Part shown: positions 1-16,089 of the stretch, piece after piece
How positions within the stretch are numbered: position 1 is the first letter of the stretch
Layout: every line of letters begins with the position of its first letter
Origin: the human T2T-CHM13v2.0 reference genome, Homo sapiens
Length of the DNA: 64,000 nucleotides
NCBI RefSeq assembly: GCF_009914755.1
Contig: NC_060927.1
Strand: one strand, 5' to 3'
Made by a program: the position numbers and the translations under genes
The notes under the pieces: model-generated
What the model was told of the DNA's origin: nothing
Seen by the model: the letters and a program-made list of their open reading frames with translations, nothing else
Database searches by the model: none

Positions 1-287
1 TAGGAGAGTAGCTTGAGCAGGTTATGATATATCTGCCCAATGTGTTTCATTCCTTCAAACATAAACTTTGAGAGTAAAAGAGATTTTTATAATTTAAATG
101 CCAACGACAGGAATGGCCTCATGTTTTAACTTTCAAATAATAAATGGGGAGTTGGTATTTGGGCAGAGTTTGCATTTTACTAATCCTATATACTTTGAGC
201 TTAGTTTTTAGAATTGTGTCAAATACATCAACATATCAGGATTATAGTGCCAAAAATAGTTAGAGTGCCTTGGTCCTCCCTCTGTAG

Positions 288-3200
288 GCAGCAAATTGAA
301 ACTAACATGGGACCATGCCATCCTTCTAGCATAATGGAGAAGTCTGAACTGAGGAGTATCTTTGATGAAAGACATTTAGGACCCTAGAAACTAAATCTTG
401 TCACCAAGACTTTATAGTAAAGTAGTAGCAAAATTATTTTTAAAAGACTTTCTTCCTTTTACTACCCATTTCCTCTCTTGGGAAAGCTGATGAGCAAATT
501 ATCCAAGACTCATTTCTTTATTAGGCAAAGTCAGAATATTTCCCCTCTGAAAATCTGAATTATGCCCTCATTCTTTTTCAAGAAATATCTCAAAGAGCAA
601 ATAGAATTAAACATGACACTTGATTGTCTGATTATTTGGCATGTATAAAATTATCATGTGGCTTAATGTGCCTTAAGTGAAAATTTAAACTTAGACCTGA
701 AACCTTTACAGTTGGATGTAGCGTTGAGCTTTTGCATGTTTTCTGTATAATAAACCACTTTTGTTTTGTTTGTTTTGTCTTTTAACCTACACCTTTATCA
801 TTACTCTAACAGATTTAGGGCTTCTCTTTCTCTACAGCTAAGTAAGGGAATATGTGCAATTATGAGACATACAAAAAAGGAAAGGGAAAGGACTTTCTAA
901 GTAGCAAATCTGTGCCATGAAGTAGATGTGGCGTGAAGATACAGAGCCTGAGGATAGTAATTTTCCCTGAGCCACGCACACAGGCTTTTATTTCATGCCT
1001 TTTCTCTTTCTGTGCCGTCACCTTTGAGAAAAACGATTGCACCTTCTCCAAGTCTGCCTTTTTAACAGCTACAGTTAAGTTGGCAAGACTTCCCCAGCTC
1101 TGAATATAGCCATTTGCCGACTCCGGCCTCTTTGCGAGACTGACTCAAATCTGTGATCTTCTGTTCAGCATACACATCAGCAAAGTGAGAAGATGAGCAC
1201 TAAATATAGGCTCTATTAACTTTACTTTTAGATTTACTGCCTTCAAAAAGTGCCTATTCTGAGCAACATAAACGTTATTCCTTACATATGTATGTACACA
1301 CGGTACCCAGAGTCGTACTGTGCAGCCTTCAAAAACATACCATCAGAAAGAGTAGGTGCTGAGATAAGGAAACTTTGCCAAATGAAAGAAAGTCACTCAC
1401 TTCCAATATCCCCTCTCAAGCGGCTACCGTGAAACGGGCTGCAAACACATTCCCTGAGCATCCCTTGCTGATACAGCTTCTTTATATTTATATCCTACTG
1501 GATGGTAGCATATTGCTAAGGTTTCCTGTACTCTGCTTCAAGGGAATGTAAGCTTTATGGCATTGAAACATTTAGGAAAAAAAAAGATGTTTAAGAGAAT
1601 TAATAGAGCCGTAGTCTGTATTAGGATGTGTGTCATATGTGTGTTCTATAAACTAAGCATCGGTGGGTTTAGAGTGTTAAAGTGTCAGCACATTCCTTCT
1701 CCTTTTGTCTCTCAGGCTAACATGAGAGAAAATAGAAAAGTCTTGGCTGTGGGGATTGGAAGCTCAGGGGGCCAAATGTCCTTGCCAGATCCTTAGAGCA
1801 TTACTTTGACTCCTAAAAATAGTAGTGTATGTTATTTGATGGCTTTTGTTTCCATAGTTCCATCACTGACAAAACTGTCAATACTGTTGATGGAGCAGCA
1901 GCATAGCCTAGAGTGATGCATTCTTACCCAGAGGTGGCAATAGGAGAGGGTCCATGTAAATAGGACGAGGTAGACAGTGCATGATTGTAGGAGAAGGGTT
2001 GAAGGGAGGACATGATTCCAAAAAAGATCGTTCTCAATGTGTCGTCTGACTCAACCAGCTGGCAGATTACACTTGCCAAGTCGTTCCCTTTCCTTCTAAG
2101 TCAGTTGGCTCCATATTCACTTGAATATGCCTCTGTTTGGGCAAAGCAAGATACCTCCACTTAACCTTTATCCAAGGAAGCTCTTGGTGTCCTCTTGGTC
2201 ATAAAGTTGTCTCCTACCTAACCCAGTTTTACCAAATGGAAGTAAAAGGGGACAAACTATGGAAGATGGACTCCATGCCATTGCAGTCAGCCACCATTCT
2301 CTTTTCCATATAAGGAGCCCCATTACATAAGCTACGGGTGAGGTTGGAACAGCTATGTTTCATAATTTCAAGAGTGTGACCACCCTGCTCTAGTCATCAT
2401 CATTGGATGAATCCAGTTGACTCTTTGGCAAAAGGGTGATACTTTTCACTAAAAATGCCTACTCTTCCTGTTGATGTTCCTTTTCTGTTTTTACCTTGTC
2501 CAATTTCCACACTAGTCATTTTTTTTATTTTTTAGAGGATCAGATTTTAGCGCTGGAAAATGAGTTCAAAAATTTCAGTGTAATGTCATAAGGATGTTGG
2601 GATACAGAGATTTTTTTTTTCCTTGGAAACAAATGGACTGGGAAGAAACACAGCATGGCTTTGCTCTGAGTTTCAATCTGATGATTATGACCATGGAAGA
2701 TAGTCTTATGTAAAGGTTAAATGGTGTTTACAAGTGGATAGATAAGGCGGAGATGGTGAGAAGCCGGGTTTTCTCTATGCTAAATGTGTCTACTAAGAGC
2801 AGCACTTCCTACTAGCTAAGCACAATCATAGCCCCACCGTGATGAGCTGCTAGTCTGAATAACATTCCCTGACTTAGGGAAAGGCACACAAAAACATATA
2901 AAGAATATGTCTATTTTCATATGTGTGATACTGACAGAGCCATGGTATTCCTAAAATATAGGTTTCTCTTTTTTCTTGTATTCTTAGCAAATTGCATTTA
3001 TTCACTACATTACAAACCATCACTGATGTATCCAAAATAGCACACATAGTTCAGTATGAAAATAAGAGAATAAAATCTGTTATAAGCAAGTGATTTAGGT
3101 ATTTTCTTTTGTGTTTATGCATTATCTGACTATATTAAAACCTGTTTTTCTATTTACCTTCTATCAGTTTTCTCTACCAATTATGTTTTTTCAATGCTCT

Positions 3201-3300
3201 ATAAGAATGAATATGGAAATTATATTTCTTTTTTCTGTAAAAGAGTTGCAACTACTTTATTATATTTAGAAATCCAATAAACTTCTTATTACATTTACTT
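288..3300 (+). other. Probable terminal exon / long 3' UTR of an unidentified + strand gene
   Basis: Pyrimidine tract plus AG acceptor (cttggtcctccctctgtag, AG 286-287). All three frames stop soon after (TGA 297, TAA 332, TAG 385). About 3 kb with no recognisable interspersed repeats, ending in AATAAA 3276-3281 followed by a GU/U-rich stretch; repeats begin shortly afterwards. Confidence 0.6.
717..782 (+). terminator. Candidate proximal polyadenylation signal
   Basis: TGTA at 717 and 744, AATAAA 749-754, downstream ttttgttttgtttgttttgtc. Confidence 0.4.
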
Positions 3301-3325
3301 GCCTATGTGTGGAATTCTTTTTGAG
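3276..3325 (+). terminator. Distal polyadenylation signal
   Basis: AATAAA 3276-3281, downstream GU/U-rich element (tatgtgtggaattctttttg); likely cleavage near 3297. Confidence 0.6.
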
Positions 3326-5127
3326 TTGGATAATCTCTGTTTCCTTTTCTTCTAACCCCCTTTACTGTGTGACTCATTTTTTACATCATTTGCTTTCCAT
3401 ATGGTCTTCTGAGAAACGGAATATCTCTCATAGCAAATATGGTGCCACAAGAGTATGAAAGCACCCACTCTCTTCCACTGTTAGCACAGAAGAACTTAAG
3501 GTCAGAGGTGTTCTAAAATTATTTGACCACTCTGTGTCTTGACCTTGCAAAGACATTTTCATTTTTAAAGCTGGATCCAAGTAAATGGGTCCCTTAGGGT
3601 GGGGTTGGGGTTCTCCATTTTCATCACAAACAAGTGGCTGACTTGTTCATACTTTTATTCCATCTGTATTACGCATGCTTTTCAAACATTGAGAATTTCC
3701 TCTGTACTAGGCATCTTGAGCAATACAGCTATCAATGACATATAGTTCCTTTCAATGAGTTTATAGTCTAGTTAAGCTGATAGATATGGATACAAATACC
3801 TATGGGGAAAGGAAAGGAATAACCACAAACAGGAAAAAGTAACTTAGCATGTTCCAGACTTTTCACTGTCACTCCATTTTCAATATCCTTGTGATTATCT
3901 TACCCTCATTTTATAGATGAAAATTCCAAGAGTGAGGAAAAAAGTTAATAACCCAAGATCAGCATTCATTTGCTGAGCCTTTTTTTTTTCATTTTTTAAA
4001 GTAGCAGTTCTACAGAAGAACCAAGACTCCTGATACCCAGTCTATTGATGCTTAATAAGAGTGATTAGCACTACAGCATACGTGAAACTCACCCCACGAA
4101 AGTCAGAAAAGATTATCTGTTCTCTTTTCTACTTATCTCTCCAACATCACATTTCTGCCTACTAGTGCTGGGACATCTGAGAACTACAGGTGGGAAGACT
4201 CTGTACTAAAGACCACTATTTTAAACTGCCATACACAAGATCAATCTTTGAACAAACAAAGGGTAGGTATATCAATGGGACTTGTGGTACTTGTAATTTC
4301 TTACCAGAAAGTTGTAAACAAAAGAATACATGAGATGTAACCTTGTCTTCTCTTTATTCTTCTACAAAGAAGCTGTAAGAGGTAATCTTATCTTCCTTCT
4401 CCCTGTATTTCTCAAATTACTCTGTTTTTTCACCTACCCTTCTGCTCTGTTTTCTAATAGTATACATTCATTTGTTCTATTCAGAGTGTAAGAGCTAGAA
4501 GGGCCTTTAGAGATTATTTTACTCTGACTTTGTGAAGAAATACTAAGTCTCAGAGATATGAAAAGACTTATCCAAAGTCATAAAATATTTTAATGACAGG
4601 GCTGGATCTTGAGTCCTGGCCTCCTGACTCTCTGTCCATTGCTGTATACAAATGATTTGAATAATGCAGAAGAGAGTGGAAGACGCATTCTATTTATAAT
4701 TTACATTTCAAGGAAAAAGAAATTTCAAATGAAAAAAAAACTGAGTGTTTAATGTCCAGATACCCTAATTAATAGAAATTCTAAAAATCATGTTGCAGGA
4801 AGAGAGAAAGCTGAGAAGGAATGAATATCAACAATGCAACAGGAAGGCTGAGCAAAGAAGGTAGGCAACCATATAGTCAATTCTAAACAGACTGGAATAG
4901 CAAACAATTATTTTCTAAGTTGAGGGACTTAAAAAAGTTGAGCTAAAATACTGGACGATAGTGGAATGTAGGCCCAATGACTAGAGTTAAATCTTTGTAA
5001 GATTTTTGTTGATTTTGGAGAAGACTGGTGCTGTTGATTATCTTTACATTTTTAAGTTATGTATATATGTAAATATTTCAATGGCTGCCATCTAAAGAAA
5101 ACAAATATATAACTGCAAAATCAGTAG

Positions 5128-5556
<429 letters not shown>

Positions 5557-5650
5557 TAAAGATATAGAAGATTTTAACATTATTAAAAGGCTTGATTTTA
5601 ATGGATATATAAGAATCTCCATACTTATTGGATAAAAAATAAGCTTTTAA

Positions 5651-5728
5651 AATATATACATTATATATATATATACATTATATATATATACATTATATAT
5701 ATATATATACATCATATATATATATATA
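5651..5728. repeat. (TA)n / (TATATACAT)n microsatellite
   Basis: Direct reading of TA runs punctuated by CAT. Confidence 0.95.
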
Positions 5729-6913
5729 AAGTGCATATGAGAAATCTACTAAAACTGACCTTCTAGGCCAATTATCTGCAAAATTCAAAGCATCTTTCAC
5801 ACAAATTGAATATTTTCATCATGTCAACATTTAACGCAAATTAAAAACCATGGGTAATTTTAAAAATTTACATTTGGAAATTTTAAAACATCCCTAAAAT
5901 GGCTTACTTCAAAATAGAAATCATAATCATAAGAACTGAACAATAATGAAAATTCTATGTAGTAAAACTTGTAGGAGTCAGCTCAAATGGTTCCAAGAGG
6001 GAAATGTAAATCCTTAAATGATTACATTAAAAATAAAGTGAAAATTAATGAGCTACTCATCCAACTCACGTTAGTAAAAGAACAGAATTAAGATTCAAAA
6101 TATAAGGAGGGCATAATTAAAATATGAAAAAAATGAAACTAATGGTATAGAAAACAAGAATATAATAGAATATCAAAACAGTCAAAATTTGGCACTTTGA
6201 AAAAGCGTTAGAAATTGCAAATTTCTGGGAAGGTTTATCAAGAAAAAAAGGCATGAAAAATATTTATAGATAACAGCAGGTATTAGAAACATAACAGAAT
6301 AGCATGAGCAATTTCATGTGATTAATTTGAAAATGTAGATGAAATAAAAATGTTCCTCTTTAAAAATTGTAACCTAACAAAAAGTGAGTAAAAAAAAATA
6401 GACAACATGAATAACCCAATAAAGTTAAATTGTATTAGTGGTTAAAATATTCCCAATAAATAATTACTTGAAGGGAGCATGAGAATGGCTTTTGGGTTAA
6501 CATTTTAGGTTGGTAACATTCTGCTTCACGATCTGAGTGCTGGTTATATGATTGTGTTTAGTGTTTGAAAATGTATTGAGCAATACATTTATGATTTGTG
6601 CATTTTATTTATATACTACTTCAGTGGATAAAATATTTTCTTTATCGAAAACTACCTAGTATCTTGATTCTAAATGTGAATTCTACTGGTTGTTCAAGTT
6701 AGAATTACAATGGAAAAAAAAAGGGAACACTCTCCAACATAATCTATAAGGCAAGTGGCCAATCTTATTAGTGAATATATCGATTAAAATCTTATAAACT
6801 ACTGGAAAACCAAGCACAGTAATGAAGAAAACAACGACAACAACAAAGCTCAAATAAGTTGGGTGTAACCCTGAAATAGAAGAGTAGTTGAACATTAGAA
6901 AGTCTATTAACAT

Positions 6914-7152
6914 GGCCCGGAGCCGTGGCTCACACCTGTAATCCCAGCAGTTTGGGAGGTTGAGGTGGGCAATCACTTGAGGTCAGGAGTTGGAAACCAG
7001 CGTGGCCAACATGGTGAAACCCCGTCTCTACTAAAAAATACAAAAATTAGCCAGGCGTGATGGTGGGTGCCTGTAATCCCAGCTACTCGAGAGACTAAGG
7101 CAGGGGCATCTCTAGACCCTGGGGGGCCAAGGTTACAGTGAGCGGAACCACA
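6914..7152 (+). mobile_element. Alu (AluS), 3'-truncated
   Basis: ggcccggagccgtggctcacacctgtaatcccagc...; ends after gttacagtgagc with no normal tail. Confidence 0.9.
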
Positions 7153-7156
7153 TTCA

Positions 7157-7511
<355 letters not shown>

Positions 7512-7900
7512 TTATTTAATAGATTTTTAAAAACAGTATAATAAAAGAAAACATTTATGTTTTAAAAAAACACACAGCAGGAGTGGAAAGGACTTTCTTA
7601 ACTGGATAAAGGCTATCTATGCAAAAATCACTCCAAATAGTGAAACGTTAAAAGTAATTATTTTAAGTCTAAAATAAGAGAAAGATGCTCACTATCTTTC
7701 TTTTATTGATAGGCCCCTTCTATTCAATTTTGTAATGAAGACTCTAGTCAGTGCAGCTATATTAAAAACATGAATTTTATATATATATATATATATATAA
7801 AGACTATAAAAAGCCAAACTGCCACCTATGATATAGCTATATAGCAAACTATATAGAAACTCAAAGTAATATGTAAAAAATTCACATTTAAAAGTTTATC

Positions 7901-8285
<385 letters not shown>

Positions 8286-8808
8286 TTAAATGGGCAAGGG
8301 ATTAATGAATAAAATCTTAAAACTTTACTGAAAGACATTAAAGAGGATGGAAATAAATGGAAAGATAAAGATGTTCAAAAATGGGAAAATAATATCATAA
8401 TAATGTAAATTTTTCCTAAATTGATCCATAGATTTAATGAAACTCTAAATTTCACCAAATCTTTTCAGGGACTCTGACAAACTAATTCTAAAGTTTACAT
8501 GAAAAACAAATGCAAAATAACACTTTTTTAAGAAAAATGAGGGATTATTTTTTAATCAGGTAAAACTTTCTATAAAACTATGTTAGTTAACAGAGTGTAT
8601 TAGTTGTACCAAAAAAAAGGAGAAAAGTAGAAATAGATGACGGTTGAGAATCCTTGGAAAAAAAAAATCACCTGTTTATGGTATTATAACTCCATGTGTA
8701 ACAGGGATGATATTGCAGATCACTGAAATAATTGTTTTTACATGTGGAAAAAAATAACATCCAATGTCTAACTCAGTATTAAAATATCTTTATGACTTTT
8801 ATGAATGA

Positions 8809-9118
<310 letters not shown>

Positions 9119-9447
9119 TGGTGAATGATTTCTTGAACAAAATACAAACTGTGAAAGCTATAACTAAAAGAATGGACAAATAAGTTTCCACAAAAATTAA
9201 TAAACTTGGTAAATCAAAAGATTCATAATAGCTTTAAACTGGGAAAAGCTATTTGCCAGACATAAAATTGACAAAGGATTACTATCCAAAATATATTTTA
9301 AAATTCCTAAGAAGTTTCAGTAGAAAAACAGGCACAAGAGTAGGCATTTCATGGAAGAAGAAACACACATGGCCAATTGACACATGCAAGAACAATTGAG
9401 TTAGTCATTAGGGAATTACAAATTAAAACTAATGTAATTTATGCTTC

Positions 9448-9723
9448 TTTTTTTTTTTTTTTTTTTTTTTTGACAGAGTCTCGCTCTGTAGCCAGGCTGG
9501 AGTGCAGGGTGCCATCTCGGCTCACCGCAACCTCTGCCTTCCTGGTTCAAGCAATTCTCCTTCCTCAGCCTTCTGAGTAGCTGGGACTACAGGCACCCGC
9601 CAACACGCCCAGCTAATTTTTTTGGATTTTTGTAGTGGAGACAGGGTTTCACCATGTTGGCCAAGATGGTCTCCATCTCCTGACCTCGTGATCTGCCCTC
9701 CTCGGCCTCCCAAAGTGCTGGGA
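9448..9723 (-). mobile_element. Alu (AluSc-like), slightly 5'-truncated
   Basis: Long poly-T; diagnostic ttggccaagatggtctc..cctgacctcgtgatc. Confidence 0.93.
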
Positions 9724-10365
9724 GTAAGTTACCATTTTTTTATACCAACCAAATCAGCAAAAATCTAACAGTATGATAATGCCAAGTGTTAGAGAGATAT
9801 GGAGCAATGAATATTTATACAAATATTGATGGGATCTAAATTGCTAAAATAATCTTGGAAAATAATTTAGCTGTATCAATAAAGATGAAGATGTGCCATC
9901 CCTAAGACCAGCAATTCTGCTCTTGTCTATTTGCCTCAGCGGCATATACAATAATGTACAGAGCTACACTGTTTATAATGACAAGAATCTGAAAATATCT
10001 ATCCAAGAAGAATCAATCAATAAATAGTATATTCCTGCCGTAGAATAATGTACAACAGTAAAAATTAATGCACTATAGTTGAATAAATCAATATGGTCAA
10101 TTCTTAGAAGCATGACATTGGGTGGAAAAAATAGTCATAAAAGAATAAACACATACATACCATATCATTGGTAGGAAATTTTAAAACAAGCTAAACTAAT
10201 TACATTGTTTAAGGATACATGCATACACACATATTCTGGAAATATAGGATAAAGTGAAGGAGATGTGATTGGTGAAAGACATTTGGGAACCTTCAGTAGT
10301 CTTTATTAATTTTGTTAGTTGCATTATGGGTTCATAGGCATTCATTTTATTATTATACATTATAA

Positions 10366-10776
<411 letters not shown>

Positions 10777-12046
10777 CAGGTGCTCAATATATTCTTAATG
10801 ACCAGTTTATCTGGGGACAAGCCTGCCTCAAGAGAGGGCTACAGAGAAGCCCAAATACTTCTCAACATTTTTAATACAAAATCCTAGAAGCAGCTCCTTT
10901 GATAAATGTAGATGAGGATAAATGGATAAATGGAAAACAAGGACTAGAGAGCAGAGCTCTGTGTGGGCCACATAATTTCAGGACACTGCCCCTGCCTCTT
11001 TACACACTTCTCTGCCTCCGGCATCTTTCATAAAAACTTTCTTTCATGAAATCTTTACTGCTTTTTTATTGTAAATAAGTATTCCCTCATTTGGGTTCCC
11101 ATTACTATGCAAACTATCATTCCTTAGTTGCATACATGTCTGCATACCTATGCAATTGTCATGATTCCTCTGGCCAGAAAATTATCTTATTAACCTAAAT
11201 GCTCCCAAAGTTTCTAGCATATCCTGGATAAGCTAGATATACTTATCCCAAATAAGTTATTATCCAATGGAATTAAATTGATTCTTCTTCAAGTTCACTC
11301 CAGATTCATGTCCAAAGCAAAGCATTCACCTCTTTCTGCCTTGCAAAGTCTGCTTAGGAAGTCAGTACATTCTCATGATTTCCCTAGGATGATGTAAAAC
11401 TAATAGTGGTAGAGAATTCTGCATGAAGTGCCACAAGCAAGATTCCTAAATTCAGATCGGACAGCCTCCTTCACTCCTAATTCTCTAATAAAGGGGATGA
11501 GCACAGTAAACAGGAGGAAGAAAAGGAAGAAAAAAAGCAAAGACAAGGTAGTCATGTCAACAAAGTCTGCATGTCTGTTGGGTCACCCAGCGCCCAAATC
11601 TCAATTTTATCCTAGATCCCTCTTTCTCATTCCCACGCCCTATTCTTTCCTTCCCCTTAATATGGCTCTCTCCCTCACTTGGGCTTGGTCCATAACACCC
11701 TAGTCCAGGCTTCTGTTTCTCTAGGAAACCCTTCCAGAGTCCTCACTTATATCCCAGTCTCAGTTCTGTCCTTACCCCCTCATCACCATCTCTAAGCCAT
11801 CCACCACTGCAGGCAGCCTGGCATTTCCAAGCCACAAATTGGACCCCACTGTCCCCCTGATCCCCTGATCCTATTTACTGTCTCTCCTTCACCCCTAAGA
11901 CATGATCAAAATTCCTCAGCAAAACTTTGAAGTCTTCAGGTTATCTTATCTATTCCCACTTCTCCCCAACACACCTGCCATTAAAGTACATACCCTTCTC
12001 CAACAGATCTCACATCTCTGGGTAGACTGCTCCTTCCCCTTCCTTT

Positions 12047-12709
12047 CTGAGAATTATAAAAGAACTCTCGGCACATAATGCCTCCATCCTGAACCCCTGC
12101 TGGAAAAGACTTGACCAACCCTAGCATAGCTTCTGGCAACCCAAGGCTGCATCTCTGGGAAGACCTAGCCCATCTTTTAGTTGCTGTCTGAAAAACTTAG
12201 TAGTTGTAAAAAGAATTTACTGTATCTTCTAGCTGAGACTTGAGGAGAGGTCGCCGTCTCCCTCTTTCTTAGAGAATTTACTTTAAGGAGCTTGCAATTG
12301 TAAATCTTTCCTCTGTTACTTTGAGATGTATGTGTATGTGTCTCCTACAACCCAGGAGTGTCTTTCTCAAGGACCTGAAAGCAAAGCCATTCCTTTGAAA
12401 GGTAATCATCAGGAAGGATAGGGCCTTGGTCTCTAAATCTCCATGGGAGAATAGACTCCTAAAAAGCAGACACGGCTGGCTTCATCACATTTACACTGAC
12501 CTGCCCTCCAACCCACTTTTTGTAACTGTTCACTTTCCTGACTGCTTGAGCTCACTCCCTGTCCCTACTCCTTCATTCTCCTTCTAAAACACCCAGTTAC
12601 CTCCACACAATTGGGAACAGAGCTGAGCTTTTTTTCCCTACTGTCAGCGCTTACTGTGCAAGATTTATTTTCACCACTTTAACACGTCTGCCTTTGTTTA
12701 TCTTTAACA
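12047..12709 (+). mobile_element. ERV1 solo LTR (MER39/MER34-like)
   Basis: Family-typical motifs (cttgcaattgtaaatc..ctttgagatgta; tctttctcaaggacctg; cctttgaaaggtaatcatcaggaaggatagggcc) and terminal tttgtttatctttaaca. Confidence 0.7.
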
Positions 12710-15282
12710 ATTCCGCACTCCAAGACCCAGCCCTCAGGTTACCGCCTCCAGGAAATCTCCTTTCTTTGGCCTCCAGGAAGGTGTTTGCCTCTCGTAAGTG
12801 TGCCTATGCAACTTGAAACACACATACACTAGGATAGTCATGTGAAACTAAAATTTCCTTTTCCTCTGGTCAAAATTCCATCTAGACTAAAGCCCTAAAG
12901 GTCGCAAATTGGGTTTTACTTATTCCCATATGCATGGTGCCAGGTATAGAACAGACCTTGAATAAATGCATATCAAGTGGAGACTTGAATGAATGAGGGA
13001 ATGAGTGTCTGTGTGTGGGATTGTAAGGGTTAAGAGGCCTCTTTCTAGAGCTGTCCCTGTAAAAAATGGAGACCCAGAGGTGTGGTTGCAGAGCAGGAGC
13101 AAGGCAATTACCCTTCTCCAGGAGGAGATGAAGACAGACCAGTGTGGACTTGCCCTTCGTTGCCTCTGAGATGTTTTCCATTCCATTTCTACCCTTCCCA
13201 AATCTTTGTTAGTTTGTACGCAAGATCTTTTTCCTCCAGGGCTGTGAAGAACTATTTTCTGTTATTTATTGTAATGGGGTGGGGAGAAGTGAGGGGACTC
13301 AAATCTTTTCAAACACCAGACAAAATTTGCCAGCTGAAAGGGCTTCATCTTGGCCATAACCAGATGAAAATGTGTGATGTCAAGCCAACCTAAGCTATCC
13401 CATTGTTTTTAAGTGTGACTAAATACTGACTAATATTACTTCCTCTGGCACTTTTCATTTTTTTTTTTTTTTTGACTCAGTACAATGGAAATGTTCCAGG
13501 CTGTTGTTATAGTTTGCTGTCTGGACAGAATGACTTCCTGCACATCATAACCACTTATGATGGAGAAAAATAGAAGGGGTGAGAATCCCAAAATTCCCAA
13601 GAATACCCCTAAGTTTAGCAATGGCTTTTGGCTTGGATTTTTGTTGTTTTTGTTGTTATGTTTTGTTCACAAAAGCAATAAAGAATACTGAAATCCAAGT
13701 TGGAAGGGACCTTGCCAAAGTTGCTCATTGAGGAGCCAACATTTTTCCGGCCATCCTGAGACCTGCAGTGTCGCCACGACATTCCCTGCCAAGCAGTTCA
13801 GACTGGTAAATTCTCTCTTTCTTCAGGAGTTCTGTTCCTTCAAAAACAAGCTCTCACACCTTTGGACTATTAGCACTCTCTTCTGCCTCCCTGCAGACTC
13901 TTCTTTTTAGCTCTGCCTTTTGGGAAGCAAGTGGTGTTTGAGGAAAGGAAAGTGATTCAGAGCCGTGTTCCATGCAGACTAGATCACTGGAGACACGATT
14001 GGTAGTGACTTTTCTCACAGAGGAAATGAAGAAGTAAGCAGAGCCTAAGCTCTGGGAATGTCTTCAGAGAGTGGAAACAAAGGATACTGTTTAAACGTGC
14101 GTCTGGAAGGTCAGATAAGTCCCTTCTCTCACATGTATGGCAGATGATAGATAACCAAAATTGTCTGATCCAAGCATTTCAGACTGAATGAAGTTCCAGT
14201 ATGTTCTCCACTCCTTCTAAAACCAATAAGCCCCTGCCCCATCCAACTCCTAGGTTCAGTCTCTATTAGCTACCACTTTAGGCTATATGTTGAACAGTCA
14301 TCACCCTCAGCTTTCTGCCTCTCCCAATCAATCTGGTGGCAGCACAGATCAGCTGTCCCGTGCCACCTTCAGAGAAAGCCTGCTATCCCTCTCAAAAAGA
14401 TTTTCCTCCCATTATTGTTAGAAGCTAGAGCATTCACAAGGAGGTGCAGTACCCCTCTGAAAATCAATTAAAGCCCCTTTCAACTGTGGGATACGCTTTT
14501 CCCGGGGTGTGAGTCATTTCCATAACTCTGAGTTTCCACCAGTTTTAGGGTCAAAGAAAAAGCCAGCCCCCACAGGGCCTTTCAGCTCCCTGGGAATTTT
14601 AAGAAAAAGGATTCATTCCATGGCAGAGATGATTGCCTTCTTTTTAACTGCAATTGGTGGCCCAGAAACCACAGCCATCAAATGCAGAAGCTTTGCTAAA
14701 TCATCACTATTTCAGCTACTAATTAGATCTAATGTTCACAGCAGAGGAGTCTGTGCGAGCAATAAACCACTTCTTCAAGTGATGAAACTTCCAAGTAAAC
14801 ACACTTTGATTACCACAAGAAACATTCCCTTGCACAGGTTTTTTGAGCCAATGAATAGAACCCCCCAGACATGGCTCCATAAATGGAGTAGCAGTAGACT
14901 GGAACTCTGGATGAGCACAGACAACCCTGTCTCAATTAGTCAGTCCCCTGCTCTACCTTTTGGGTTCTGGCAAGATGCCTCCAAGGGCCATATATGTGAC
15001 AAAGTAAATTTTAGTTAACAGCAAATTCGCTGGGTATACCATGAGACGACACTGCCTGAAGGCTTGGGCCATCCAGTGAGAAAATCATCTGCTACTTCTG
15101 GGGTGTAGGGTCGCAGGTCCCTTGGACCCAATGTAAGGGAGTAGGTTTAGAGAAAGGGACCGTAGTGGCAAGGAAACCTGAGGCACTGTGCTAAATACTT
15201 TTTTACATTAGTTATCGCATAGCAAAAATATTGGCATTGGCTCCAGAACATTCTCAGAAGTGCTCACTTGATGTGCCTTTAA

Positions 15283-15388
15283 TAACCTGATTGATTCTTT
15301 TTACATTGTATCTATAGACCAAAACATCACATTGTACCCCATAAATATACACAATTATTGTCAATCAAAAATAAATTAATAAAAAATT
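15283..15388 (+). mobile_element. Short L1 (L1MA-like) 3' end fragment
   Basis: acatcacattgtaccccataaatatacacaattatt..tcaatcaaaaataaa. Confidence 0.75.
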
Positions 15389-15471
15389 ATGCAAGATCTA
15401 CATGTTCATTGAAGAAAAAATAGAAAATACAAACAAGCAAAAAGAAAGTCTTTCATAAACCTGTTGTCTAA

Positions 15472-15688
15472 AGTGGGGTTTTTCAACCTTGACACTAGGG
15501 ATATTTTGGGCTGGATAATGCTTCATTGTGAGGACTATCCTTGCATTGAGGACATTGAGTGGTATCCCTGGCCCCTACCCACTAGATGTCATTAGCACAG
15601 CCTCCCCACATTTGTTAACAACCAAAAATGTCACCAAAAATTGCCACATGCCACCTAGGAGCAAGATCACTCTCACTGAAAATCATTT
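15472..15688. mobile_element. MER20 hAT-Charlie DNA transposon
   Basis: ttcaaccttgacact..tttgggctggataat..ccctggcccctacccactagatg..acaaccaaaaatgtc..ttgccacatg. Confidence 0.88.
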
Positions 15689-15697
15689 TAGAGATAA

Positions 15698-16089
<392 letters not shown>

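Noticed and set aside
361-410. Hairpin near ATGA in the 3' UTR as a possible SECIS element
   Set aside because: The 3' GA of the non-Watson-Crick quartet and the correct apical AA spacing are missing.
14509-15018. 169-aa ORF in unique DNA
   Set aside because: GTG start, no recognisable domain and no splice context; better explained as chance or regulatory DNA.
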